Assembly: GCA_965649205.1 (NCBI GenBank)
Contig: CBFGJV010000012.1
Location: 1 to 64,000, forward strand
Source: a candidate division WOR-3 bacterium
Lineage (GTDB): Bacteria; Hydrothermota; Tepidihabitantia; Tepidihabitantales; Tepidihabitantaceae
Reading direction: 5' to 3'
Length of the DNA stretch: 64,000 nucleotides
The notes under the pieces: model-generated
What the model was told of the DNA's origin: nothing
The model's input: only the letters and a program-made list of their open reading frames with translations
Database searches by the model: none
Shown here: positions 20,086-29,135 of the stretch, piece by piece
Layout: each line of letters starts with the position of its first letter
How positions within the stretch are numbered: the first letter of the stretch is position 1
Program-made: the position numbers and the translations under genes

Positions 20086-21354
20086 TCACAGCTTACGGAT
20101 ATAACCAACCAGTTCCTTCTTCAGCAGGTACTTGGGCCGGCTGTAGGTCGGTCTGGCTGTGATTATTATCTTGTAGTCGCCCGGAGGCACATAGTTTCCG
20201 GTGTTGTCTCTGCCGTCCCAGACGATTAGCACTTCACCCGGGCGCTGGGCGTGCGGAGGTGTGAGGGTGCGAACTGGAGTTTCCTGCTCATTGAGGATAG
20301 TTACTTCCACATCTGCCACTTCAGTTATGTATAGAGTTATGGTTGTACCCAGGTGCTGAGAGTCCAGTTGGGGGGGATAGCAACCGATAAAGTAAGCATC
20401 CAGTCCTATCCAGTAGTATTGGCCACCGTCAGCTTCGTTGACGAACAGCTGGCCGAAGCGGCGCCAGATGGTGATGCCGCGGGGGCTGTTGAACTTGCCC
20501 GTGCCGCCCTGCGAAGTGAGGTATTTTAGATTAGGATCGAAAAGGTGGATTTCATTGTTCACCTGGTCGGTGACATATACGTTTCCATGCCGGTCGAAGG
20601 CGCAATAAGCGAAGGCAGCTTCGCTACGGCCGATGCGACGCATGTCCTGTTGCCGCCGCAACTGACCGGAAAGTGAAAATTGACTGATGCGGGTTTGGTC
20701 GCGATCAATCACTACAACCGCTTCTACTCCGTAGTCGTTGTAATCTGCTCCGGCGTCTAGGACGGCCAGTGCGCTAGGTCGTTCGAGTTCCGTCCCCCAG
20801 ACCGATATGAGCCGGCCATCCGGTTCATATACTACGATTCGGTTGTTATCGGTATCGGCCACGTAGATTCTGCCGCGGGAGTCGAGGTCAACTCCGCGCG
20901 GTCTGGCAAGGGAGGAATCGAGTACAGATACCCACTGCAGCCGACCCTGTGCGTAACGTAGGCGGACTACCCGATTATTGTCGGTATCGGCCACATATAC
21001 GTCGCCCTGCGCGTTACAGCAGATACCGTGCGGATTGCGAAATTGGCCCGTGTCTGAGCCAACAGAACCATATACCCCGGGTTTCACCAGTCTCACGTTG
21101 TAAAGAATCTGACCAGTACCGGAGTTGACCGCAAACAGGGTAAGAATGTGGTCGTCTTTGCCCGTAGTCGGGTCGTCTTCTTCTATCATTTTGGCAGCAC
21201 ACATGCCCTGCGGATTTGAAATCGTAAAACGCTGGCCTAGATAAAGATTCAGGTAGAAGCTGGTGATACGCTGAAATCCCAAAGTATGGCTGAATGGCGG
21301 GGCAAGAAGTGTGGTGGGAGTTTGGACGAAGATAAGAGCTAGAAGAAGCTGCAC
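20086..21354 (-). CDS. NHL-repeat beta-propeller protein with C-terminal FlgD Ig-like domain
   Basis: GQFRNPHGI...VYVADTDNNRV, PRGVDLD...IYVADTDNNRI; VWDGRDNTGNYVPPGDY. Confidence 0.88.
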   Translation of the reverse strand: MQLLLALIFVQTPTTLLAPPFSHTLGFQRITSFYLNLYLGQRFTISNPQGMCAAKMIEEDDPTTGKDDHILTLFAVNSGTGQILYNVRLVKPGVYGSVGSDTGQFRNPHGICCNAQGDVYVADTDNNRVVRLRYAQGRLQWVSVLDSSLARPRGVDLDSRGRIYVADTDNNRIVVYEPDGRLISVWGTELERPSALAVLDAGADYNDYGVEAVVVIDRDQTRISQFSLSGQLRRQQDMRRIGRSEAAFAYCAFDRHGNVYVTDQVNNEIHLFDPNLKYLTSQGGTGKFNSPRGITIWRRFGQLFVNEADGGQYYWIGLDAYFIGCYPPQLDSQHLGTTITLYITEVADVEVTILNEQETPVRTLTPPHAQRPGEVLIVWDGRDNTGNYVPPGDYKIIITARPTYSRPKYLLKKELVGYIRKL

Positions 21355-21360
21355 CGCAAG

Positions 21361-21446
21361 ATGTTACCCTCTACCTGAGTATAGTCAAGATTGCCTTTTT
21401 TGGAACTGGGGCCAGTGCTTGACTTGCGGCAAGGTGGTTCTAGAAT
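21361..21446. promoter_or_regulatory. Divergent promoter pair
   Basis: Minus: TTGACT(21388)-N16-TAACAT, 6 nt before GTG 21354. Plus: TTGACT(21419)-N16-TAGAAT, 9 nt before GTG 21456. Confidence 0.7.
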
Positions 21447-21455
21447 CCGCATGCT

Positions 21456-22268
21456 GTGCTGAAGCCTGGTGACTTCGTTTGTCTGTATCACTCCGAAAGA
21501 ATGAGCTATTTGGTGCAGTTGCCCGAGTCGGGCAGGTTTTCTACGCACCGGGGATACATCGATCTGGCGCAGGTTGTGGGCAAGGAATATGGCGATACGG
21601 TTACTACCCAACTACACTGCCGTTTTGTGCTGCTTCGTCCCACCACAGCCGATTTTCTTCTCAAAGTCAGACGGGTGACCACTATAGTTTATCCCAAGGA
21701 TGCAGGAGTGCTTCTTCTGGACACGTGTGTTTTTCCCGGGGCCCGGGTGGTAGAAGTGGGTTCTGGTTCCGGAGGTCTAACTACGCTTCTGGCTTCGTTT
21801 GTACGGCCCGACGGGAGGGTGTATTCCTACGATCGGCGGGAGGATTGCAGCCAGGCAGCGAGAGCCAATGTACAGCGCTACGGTCTGGCCGAGTGGTGTG
21901 AGTTTTTTGTGCGAGATGTGGCTACGGATGGTTTTGAGCAAACAGACGTGGATGCGGTTTTTCTGGATGTGCCGGAACCCTGGACTCTGCTTTCAGCTTC
22001 CTGGCGGGCGTTGAAAGGAGGACATCCGCTTGCGGCCATTGTCCCTACCGCGGAGCAGTTACGTGAGATCTGCCGGGAGTTGGCCGCAGTCGGGTTTACT
22101 AGAGTGAGGGCGCAGGAAATACTCAAGCGTGATATGCAGGTAAGGACAGGTGGCACCCGACCAGTAGACCGGATGATAGGACACACGGTGTACATAGTGC
22201 TGGCGCATAAGGCAAACCGGACGGGGACAGACAGAGTAGACCCACAACATCCTCAGGTTGATGTCTGA
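21456..22268 (+). CDS. trmI: tRNA (adenine-N1)-methyltransferase (m1A58)
   Basis: FSTHRG, IVYPKD, VVEVGSGSGGLT, DAVFLDVPEPW, RPVDRMIGHT. Confidence 0.93.
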   Translation: MLKPGDFVCLYHSERMSYLVQLPESGRFSTHRGYIDLAQVVGKEYGDTVTTQLHCRFVLLRPTTADFLLKVRRVTTIVYPKDAGVLLLDTCVFPGARVVEVGSGSGGLTTLLASFVRPDGRVYSYDRREDCSQAARANVQRYGLAEWCEFFVRDVATDGFEQTDVDAVFLDVPEPWTLLSASWRALKGGHPLAAIVPTAEQLREICRELAAVGFTRVRAQEILKRDMQVRTGGTRPVDRMIGHTVYIVLAHKANRTGTDRVDPQHPQVDV

Positions 22269-23178
22269 AAAGGGTTGCGCTGTTAGGCCTAGCCTTTATC
22301 CTGCTGACAGAGGCGGAGTTCCAGCTTGCTGTGTATTTGCCTTAGGATTTGTTCTGGCGTTGTCCGCCAGCTGTGCTCCGAAGACAGCTTCTTCTAGACC
22401 TGGTCTTCGCGTAGTTTCTTTGGTTCCGAGCGTTACGGAAATTATTTATGCCGTAGGAGCAGAGGAGTATCTAAGGGGCAATACTACCTTTTGCGACTTT
22501 CCAGAGGCGGCGAAGAATGTATATAAAGTGGGTGACTATTTGCGACCGGACTGGGAAAGGATTGTTGCCCTGAAGCCGGATTTGGTGTTTCTAACGCTGC
22601 CCGCGCAGCAGGAAATCGCCGAGAAGTTGTCTGAGACAGGGATAAAATACTACGTTTCTCAACCTCAGACCATAGACGACATTCTGCAGGAGATTGATAG
22701 TGTTGCTAAACTTCTTGGTCGGCAAGTACGAGGTCACGCCTTGGTGGAAAGCCTGAAAGCCATTCTGGATTCCATACCAGCCTATAGGGATACTCCCCGA
22801 GTGTATGTTGAAGTTTCAGACGTTCCTTTGCTTGCTGCTGGCGCGCGTAGTTTCCTGAGTAGCCTTCTGTTTAGAGCGGGCGGACGCAATATCTATGATT
22901 ACACAGTTGTGCAAGAGTATCCTCTGGTGGACCCGGAATTTGTCATTAAATCAGCGCCGGATGTAATTCTTTTGTTGTATCCCGGGGGAAGTGCCTACGA
23001 GCTTAGCCAGCGAGTGGGATGGGCGGCTATACCGGCGGTGAGGAACGGGAGGATCTACGAAGGGTTGGATTTGAACCTGTTTTCCCGGCCCGGTCCTAGG
23101 TTTGCGCAGGCAGTATGGGAACTGGTTCACATACTCCATCCGGAGAGTCGTCCAGAGGAAGCCGGCAGGTCTTTTTGA
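22261..23178 (+). CDS. Cobalamin/Fe-siderophore ABC substrate-binding lipoprotein (BtuF-like)
   Basis: RVVSLVPSVTEIIYAVG, FCDFP, ERIVALKPDLV, AVRNGRIY, SRPGPR. Confidence 0.9.
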   Translation: MSEKGCAVRPSLYPADRGGVPACCVFALGFVLALSASCAPKTASSRPGLRVVSLVPSVTEIIYAVGAEEYLRGNTTFCDFPEAAKNVYKVGDYLRPDWERIVALKPDLVFLTLPAQQEIAEKLSETGIKYYVSQPQTIDDILQEIDSVAKLLGRQVRGHALVESLKAILDSIPAYRDTPRVYVEVSDVPLLAAGARSFLSSLLFRAGGRNIYDYTVVQEYPLVDPEFVIKSAPDVILLLYPGGSAYELSQRVGWAAIPAVRNGRIYEGLDLNLFSRPGPRFAQAVWELVHILHPESRPEEAGRSF

Positions 23179-23206
23179 CGGCCTGCAGGAAGGGAAAATA
23201 CTCGGG

Positions 23207-24190
23207 ATGATCACTGAACAATTGAGTCGTCGGCCGGTAGGGACCCAGCGGAGAAGGACGAGGCAGCTAATGGTGTGGTGCATAATGTTCCTGCTGTTGC
23301 TCTGTGTGGGTATCGTATCTTTCTTGACGGGGCCGGGTTACCTGGGTACTCCTGAAGTTCTCAGGCTGCGAATACTGCGTCTGGTTCTGGGAATACTGGC
23401 CGGCGGTGTCCTGTCCTTGACTGGTGCCGCACTTCAGGGTCTGTTGCGGAATCCGCTGGTTGACCCCTTTACTCTGGGCGTTTCCAGCGGAGCGGCATTT
23501 GGGGTGAGTGTGATGACTGTGCTTGGAGTTGGAACCAGCGTGTTGAAGCCGGTAGCCGGTTTTGCGGGTGCCATGCTTACCATAGTTGCAGTTTATCTGC
23601 TTGCGCAGTCCCAGGGGAGATTGAGTGTTACCGGCTTGGTACTTGCAGGTGTGATAGTCAGCCTTTTTTTCTCGAGCCTGGTGATGCTGCTGATAGTTCT
23701 CAGCCGTCAGACACTGGGACATGCCGTCTATATTCTGATGGGACATTTGGGAGTCGTTTTCACCCGCGGCTCCCTTCTTCTATTCGCTGTTTCGGCGGTG
23801 ATAATGGTCTGCGGTTGTGGGCTGTTGCTGACTTATGCTCGCGCGCTGGATATCGTTTCTGCCGGTGAGGAAGCAGCTCTTAGTCTGGGAGTCGACACCG
23901 CCCGGATGACAAGAGCGGTATTTCTGATTTCTTCGCTGCTAGTGGGATTGGTGGTGTCATTTACGGGGGCAATAAGTTTTGTTGGTCTGGTAGTGCCGCA
24001 TCTGGTCCGTATGATGTTCGGTCCTCGACATTCTCAGGTCTTGCCGGGTTCCTTCGTTCTTGGCGGCGCTATTCTGGTCGGAGCAGATGTGCTTGCCAGA
24101 AGTTTGGTGCCAGGAGGTCTTCCGCTTTCTATTGTAACCGCGTTAGTAGGAGTCCCTTTCTTCATTTATCTGTTGCAAAAAAGGCTGTAG
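23207..24190 (+). CDS. FecCD/BtuC-family ABC permease
   Basis: GAALQGLLRNPLVDPFTLGVSSGA, GEEAALSLGV, ISFVGLVVPHLVR; start approximate. Confidence 0.92.
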   Translation: MITEQLSRRPVGTQRRRTRQLMVWCIMFLLLLCVGIVSFLTGPGYLGTPEVLRLRILRLVLGILAGGVLSLTGAALQGLLRNPLVDPFTLGVSSGAAFGVSVMTVLGVGTSVLKPVAGFAGAMLTIVAVYLLAQSQGRLSVTGLVLAGVIVSLFFSSLVMLLIVLSRQTLGHAVYILMGHLGVVFTRGSLLLFAVSAVIMVCGCGLLLTYARALDIVSAGEEAALSLGVDTARMTRAVFLISSLLVGLVVSFTGAISFVGLVVPHLVRMMFGPRHSQVLPGSFVLGGAILVGADVLARSLVPGGLPLSIVTALVGVPFFIYLLQKRL

Positions 24191-24222
24191 CGGTGGTGGA
24201 ATTTTAACGGTCGGGCAGAACT

Positions 24223-25047
24223 ATGGAAAAAGGCGAGTCAGGTTATGTTACCGCTTCAGCGGCCGATACAGTTTTGGAGTTTGAACAGGTAAACTTTGGA
24301 TACGGACAGGAGTTGGTGTTGGAAGAGTTCAGTCTGGGCGTCAGTCGTCGCGATTTTTTAGGAGTTATTGGTCCTAACGGAGCGGGCAAGACAACACTTT
24401 TGCGCCTGGCGGCAGGTTTGGTGCGACCTGCAAGTGGAACCGTTCGACTCTGTGGCAAGAACCTGGCTGAATACAGTCGTCGGGCCGTGGCGCGCAAGGT
24501 GGCGGTGGTTTTTCAGGAAAATCACTTTGCCTTTGATTACCGGGTAAAGGATGTGGTTTTGATGGGTAGACATCCTCACGTGGGACGTTTTGCTTCTCTG
24601 AGGCGTCAGGACTATGAGATAGCTTCAGCAGCGCTTCAGTTTGTAGATGCTGACCACCTTGAAGACAAGAAGATTAATCAGATTTCTGCCGGTGAGAAGC
24701 AGCGCGTAGTATTGGCTAGGGCTTTGGCACAAGAACCGGAAGTCCTCCTCTTGGATGAGGCAACGTCTCATCTCGATTTATCCCATCAGTTGCTGCTTCT
24801 AGAACTTCTGCAAAAACTTAATCGAGAAGAAGGTCGGACAGTTATATTTCTGGCTCATGACCTGAATCTGGCGGCTCTGGTCTGCAACAAGATTTTATTA
24901 CTGGCCGCCGGGCGAAAGATAACTTGTGATACGCCGGAGCGAGTACTGACTGAGGAGATAATAAACCGGGTTTATGGAGTGAAGCCTGTAGTCATCCGCC
25001 ATCCGCTTCTAGGTGTACCCCAGGTAATCTTACCGGCTAAGAAGTAA
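24223..25047 (+). CDS. FecE/BtuD-family ABC ATPase
   Basis: GPNGAGKTT, ISAGEKQRV, LLLDEATSHLD, HDLNLAA. Confidence 0.93.
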   Translation: MEKGESGYVTASAADTVLEFEQVNFGYGQELVLEEFSLGVSRRDFLGVIGPNGAGKTTLLRLAAGLVRPASGTVRLCGKNLAEYSRRAVARKVAVVFQENHFAFDYRVKDVVLMGRHPHVGRFASLRRQDYEIASAALQFVDADHLEDKKINQISAGEKQRVVLARALAQEPEVLLLDEATSHLDLSHQLLLLELLQKLNREEGRTVIFLAHDLNLAALVCNKILLLAAGRKITCDTPERVLTEEIINRVYGVKPVVIRHPLLGVPQVILPAKK

Positions 25048-25069
25048 TGGACTAGGAAAAAGTTGAAAG

Positions 25070-25378
25070 TCAGGGGGTCTGGTTTTTGACGGGAGTGGAG
25101 TCGGCTTGAATAGTGCCAAAGATGCGACTAGCCAGTTCCTTGGCACTTTCCGGCTGAGCCAGGTAGTGTAGGTGCTTCTGCAGACTGTCAATCTCGCGGG
25201 CGAGCAAGTCTATCTCCTTTTCCATTCTGGTAGTTTGCAAGTGACGGGTTGCTATGGCTATGGCACCATTGGGGCCGGGCAGAAACAGCAACAACAAGAG
25301 TGCGAGGAGAACGAGGGAAATGTAACCGCGGCGTCGCTTTCTCTTAGCATGAGAGACAGGAGGTTTGCTGTACTTCAT
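25070..25378 (-). CDS. ftsB: Septum formation initiator (FtsB/DivIC-like)
   Basis: Basic N-terminus, one TM helix, GPNG, coiled coil; directly downstream of eno (typical synteny). Confidence 0.65.
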   Translation of the reverse strand: MKYSKPPVSHAKRKRRRGYISLVLLALLLLLFLPGPNGAIAIATRHLQTTRMEKEIDLLAREIDSLQKHLHYLAQPESAKELASRIFGTIQADSTPVKNQTP

Positions 25379-26652
25379 CTGGCTAATGGGGCCAATCCTG
25401 CGTAGTCCAGGCGGTCTTCTTCTTCGATGCGGAGCAGGCGGTTGTATTTGGCTATGCGTTCACCGCGACAAGGTGCGCCGGTTTTTATCTGGCCGGTACT
25501 GGCGGCAACAGCTAGGTCGGCTATGAAATGGTCTCCTGTCTCGCCGGAGCGATGTGATACTACGGTACGGTAACCGCGGTCTGTAGCCAGTTTGATACAG
25601 TCAAGCGTTTCGCTTACTGTGCCGACTTGGTTCGGTTTTATGAGTATGGCATTGGCAATGTGCTCGCGTATTCCTTGTTCCAGACGTTTTGTGCTGGTGA
25701 CGAAAATGTCATCTCCTACCAGCTGGATGCGGGACCCTAGCCGTTCTGTCATTTTCCGCCAGCCTTCCCAGTCGTCCTCCGCTAGTCCGTCTTCGATGGA
25801 AATGATCGGATAGCGGTCAATCCATTGCGCATACATATCTATCATTTCGTCCGACGTCAATCGCCGCTTCTCGGGAATAGTGAGTTCATATGCTCCATTC
25901 TTGTAGAAACTGCTGGCCGCAGGGTCTAAGCCTAGGAATATGTGTTTGCCCGGTTCGTATCCAGCTGCCTCAATGGCTTTCAGAACGAATTTGATAGGTT
26001 CTTCGTTGTCGGTGAAGTCAGGGGCGAAACCGCCTTCGTCGCCAGTTGTAGTCTTCTTGTCTGCTGCGGCAAGAAGCTGTTTCAGGCGGTGATAGGTCTC
26101 GGCGGCGGCACGGAGAGCTTCGTGGAAGTTAGGCAGTCCTGCTGGGATGATCATAAATTCCTGAAGGTCGAGATTATTGGCGGCATGAGCACCGCCGTTG
26201 ATTATGTTGAGTTGGGGAGTGGGGAGAAGCTTGGTACCGGCTCCCCCCAGATAACGGTATATGGAGAGACCAGCTGTGGCAGCAGCGGCTCGGCAGACTG
26301 CAAGAGAGGCACCGAGTATTGCATTGGCCCCGAGGTTTTTCTTATTTGAAGTGCCATCCAGTTCACACAAAGCTCGATCAATACGGTACTGGTCGGTGGC
26401 ATTCATGCCGACTAGGCGATGCTTGATGGTTGTATTCACGTTTTCGACCGCTTTCAGGACACCTTTGCCGAGATAACGATGAGGGTCGCCGTCACGCAGT
26501 TCCAATGCTTCGAACTTGCCAGTGGAAGCGCCAGAAGGAACCGATGCTCTTCCTAAAGTCCCATCAGAGAGGATACAGTCAACCTCGAGGGTTGGATTTC
26601 CGCGCGAGTCCAATATCTGGCGGGCTTTGAGGTCAGCTATTTTTTGGGCCAT
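25375..26652 (-). CDS. eno: Enolase
   Basis: [40 protein letters not shown]. Confidence 0.99.
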   Translation of the reverse strand: MAQKIADLKARQILDSRGNPTLEVDCILSDGTLGRASVPSGASTGKFEALELRDGDPHRYLGKGVLKAVENVNTTIKHRLVGMNATDQYRIDRALCELDGTSNKKNLGANAILGASLAVCRAAAATAGLSIYRYLGGAGTKLLPTPQLNIINGGAHAANNLDLQEFMIIPAGLPNFHEALRAAAETYHRLKQLLAAADKKTTTGDEGGFAPDFTDNEEPIKFVLKAIEAAGYEPGKHIFLGLDPAASSFYKNGAYELTIPEKRRLTSDEMIDMYAQWIDRYPIISIEDGLAEDDWEGWRKMTERLGSRIQLVGDDIFVTSTKRLEQGIREHIANAILIKPNQVGTVSETLDCIKLATDRGYRTVVSHRSGETGDHFIADLAVAASTGQIKTGAPCRGERIAKYNRLLRIEEEDRLDYAGLAPLAR

Positions 26653-27940
26653 TGTCTTCTCCTTTCCGGGTGTGGATACTGCAGTATTCTGCGCGTCGTT
26701 CCGGATAAAGGGGAAAAGCTGCTACAAGTTCTGCCACCTCTGCTCGAATCAGGCCGAGGGCATTGTCGTCCGAAGCTGCGGTAATGGCCCGGTCTATCAA
26801 CTCGGCCACTTTCAGCATTTCTGATTCTTTCATTCCTCTAGTGGTTAAAGCAGGAGTTCCGAGTCTCATACCCGAAGCTATGAAAGGTTTTTCTGGATCG
26901 AAAGGTATAGTATTGCGGTTCACGGTGATGCCGACCTTACCCAGAACTCGTTCGGCGTCACGCCCGGTGATTTTCTTCGGCCGGAGGTCAACTGAGAACA
27001 GATGATTGTCCGTGCCACCGGATACTATACGGTAACCACGACTAGCCAGAGCCTCCGCTAGTGTTCGGGCATTGGCCAGAGTCTGACGCTGGTATTCACG
27101 AAACTCCGGAGTTAACGCTTCTCTAAAAGCTACGGCCTTAGCTGCTATGCAGTGTTCCAGGGGGCCACCTTGAATGCCGGGGAATACTGTTTTGTCCAGT
27201 TCCTCGGCTAACGCTGCTTTGCACATGGCGATGGCTCCCCGTGGTCCCCGCAGGGTCTTGTGGGTAGTAGTTGTGACTATTTGAGCGTAGGGCACTGGCG
27301 AAGGATGCAGCCCGGCTGCTACCGGGCCGGCGATGTGGGCTATATCAGCCAGGTGGGATGCCCCAACTTCGTCGCATATCTCCTGGAATTTGTCGAAGTG
27401 TATGGTGCGTGAATAGGCCGAGGCACCAGAAACAATGATTTTGGGTTTGTGTTCTAAGGCAAGTTTTCTGATTGCCGCATAGTCCAATTGTTCGGTCTGG
27501 GGGTCGACTGTGTACGCTACGACGCGAAAATAGCGGCCGGAGAAATTTAGGGGGTGTCCATGGGAAAGATGACCGCCGTGAGTAAGACTGAGGCCAAGGA
27601 TAGTATCGCCCGGTTTTGCTAGGGTCAGAAATGCAGCAATGTTGGCCGAAGTTCCGGAATGGGGCTGGACATTGACGTGGTCGCAACCAAAGAGTTGTTT
27701 GGCCCGTTCGCGAGCCAGTTCTTCCGCTATGTCAACAAAACGGCAGCCGCCGTAGTAGCGTTTCTTAGGATAACCTTCTGCATATTTATTGGTCAGCGGC
27801 GACCCCAGGGCCGCCAATACCGCTTCGGAGCAAAAGTTTTCAGAGGCAATCAGTTCCAGATGGTCGTGCTGGCGTTCGGTTTCCTGGCGAACCGCCTCGA
27901 ATATTTCCGGGTCGGTGGTAAACAAAACATGTGATGTCAT
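26633..27940 (-). CDS. glyA: Serine hydroxymethyltransferase
   Basis: [38 protein letters not shown] ggagg before ATG 27940. Confidence 0.99.
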   Translation of the reverse strand: MTSHVLFTTDPEIFEAVRQETERQHDHLELIASENFCSEAVLAALGSPLTNKYAEGYPKKRYYGGCRFVDIAEELARERAKQLFGCDHVNVQPHSGTSANIAAFLTLAKPGDTILGLSLTHGGHLSHGHPLNFSGRYFRVVAYTVDPQTEQLDYAAIRKLALEHKPKIIVSGASAYSRTIHFDKFQEICDEVGASHLADIAHIAGPVAAGLHPSPVPYAQIVTTTTHKTLRGPRGAIAMCKAALAEELDKTVFPGIQGGPLEHCIAAKAVAFREALTPEFREYQRQTLANARTLAEALASRGYRIVSGGTDNHLFSVDLRPKKITGRDAERVLGKVGITVNRNTIPFDPEKPFIASGMRLGTPALTTRGMKESEMLKVAELIDRAITAASDDNALGLIRAEVAELVAAFPLYPERRAEYCSIHTRKGEDNGPKNS

Positions 27941-27975
27941 CAGTGAGTCCTCCAGACGTCTTGCATAACTGGCCA

Positions 27976-28082
27976 AGACTAACGTTCCTGCTGAGAAAGT
28001 CAAGCAGAGGTCTGTTGGTTGCGCTAGGTGGACTGGCAAGGCATGGTGCGAGCATTGACGGATGTGACCTCAATAGTAAACT
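27976..28082. promoter_or_regulatory. Divergent promoter pair (glyA / mazG)
   Basis: Minus: TTGACT(28003)-N16-TAGTCT. Plus: TTGACG(28055)-N16-TAAACT, 5 nt before ATG 28088. Confidence 0.65.
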
Positions 28083-28087
28083 GGGCC

Positions 28088-28930
28088 ATGTTGGAAGAAC
28101 TTGTGGCTGTTGTACGTAAGCTGAGGAGCGAGTGTCCTTGGGACCGCAAGCAGACCGTTTCCACAACCCGGCCCTTATTGCTAAATGAAGCATATGAACT
28201 GGACGAAGCTCTGGCCGCAGGAAAGGTTGAGGACATCGTGGAGGAGTTGGGTGATTACCTGTTCATGGGAATTTTTCTGGCTGATGTGTTAGCAAAGGAG
28301 CAGGGCATAAGGTTGGAGCAAATTATTGAAAGGGTCATAGCGAAGCTTAAAAAGAGACATCCGCATATATATGGTCAAGCAAAGGTAACAGGTGTTGCTC
28401 AGGTTTTGCGTAACTGGGAGCTAATAAAGCAGGCAGAAGCAAATCGTGAAGGGAATAAGCGAACATACCTGGATAGTTTGCCCAAGACATTACCTGCGTT
28501 GAAGTATGCGCAGTTGATACAGGAAAGGTGTGCCCGCGTGGGGTTTGATTGGCCAGAACCCAGTCAGGTATTGGATAAGGTAATTGAGGAAGTGAACGAA
28601 GTAAGAGAAGAACTGAAGCGGGCAAGGACTGCCAGTATCCGTAAGACAAGAAGTTCTGCCGCAAAAATAGGCAAGAAGCGGTCGGAAAAAAGCGGTGGGA
28701 GTAAAGGCGGGCGTGCCGTGGCAGAGGAACTGGGAGATCTGTTTTTTGTGCTGGTGAATCTCTGCCGGCACCTCGGCTTGGACGCAGAAACTGTGCTGCG
28801 GGATGCAAACAGCAAGTTTGTGCGTCGGTTCCGTTTAATGGAACAGGAGCTGAGTCGTCAGGGTAAGAAAACTGGTCAAGCGAGTCTGGAGGAGATGGAC
28901 GCGGTTTGGAACCGCATCAAACAACGCTAA
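28088..28930 (+). CDS. mazG: Nucleoside triphosphate pyrophosphohydrolase MazG
   Basis: CPWDRKQT, EELGD, RHPHIYG, VGFDW, EELGDLFF, ANSKFVRRF. Confidence 0.97.
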   Translation: MLEELVAVVRKLRSECPWDRKQTVSTTRPLLLNEAYELDEALAAGKVEDIVEELGDYLFMGIFLADVLAKEQGIRLEQIIERVIAKLKKRHPHIYGQAKVTGVAQVLRNWELIKQAEANREGNKRTYLDSLPKTLPALKYAQLIQERCARVGFDWPEPSQVLDKVIEEVNEVREELKRARTASIRKTRSSAAKIGKKRSEKSGGSKGGRAVAEELGDLFFVLVNLCRHLGLDAETVLRDANSKFVRRFRLMEQELSRQGKKTGQASLEEMDAVWNRIKQR

Positions 28931-28931
28931 C

Positions 28932-29032
28932 TTGGAAATCTGTTGCAGCTACTTCTGGGTAGACGGCAAGAGCATTAGTTGGACATTCTGAGATCAGCGC
29001 TCATGGTTGCGGAGTTTCTCGCAACAGTCCGA
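28932..29032 (+). other. Second copy of the conserved non-coding core inside an inverted repeat
   Basis: cggcaagagc-attagttggaca-ttctgaga at 28964-28993; flanked by ctgttgc(28940)/gcaacag(29021). Confidence 0.4.
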
Positions 29033-29046
29033 TGAAAGTTAGGCTA

Positions 29047-29074
29047 TTGACATTTGGGTCCTCTGTGCTACACT
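29047..29074 (+). promoter_or_regulatory. sigma70-type promoter with extended -10
   Basis: TTGACA-N16-TACACT preceded by TG; leader hairpin gagcct-gaga-aggctc; SD aggagg. Confidence 0.7.
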
Positions 29075-29135
29075 CGGCTCAGTTTAAGAGCCTGAGAAGG
29101 CTCAAGAGGCCATAAATTTCTGAAAGGAGGAGTCA

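Noticed and set aside
21451..21462. Micro-ORF ATG-CTG-TGC-TGA as a Cys-Sec start
   Set aside because: Different frame from trmI, and probably at or before the TSS.
22200..22300. Cobalamin riboswitch before the btuF-like gene
   Set aside because: The gene overlaps trmI, leaving no leader, and no B12 box is seen.
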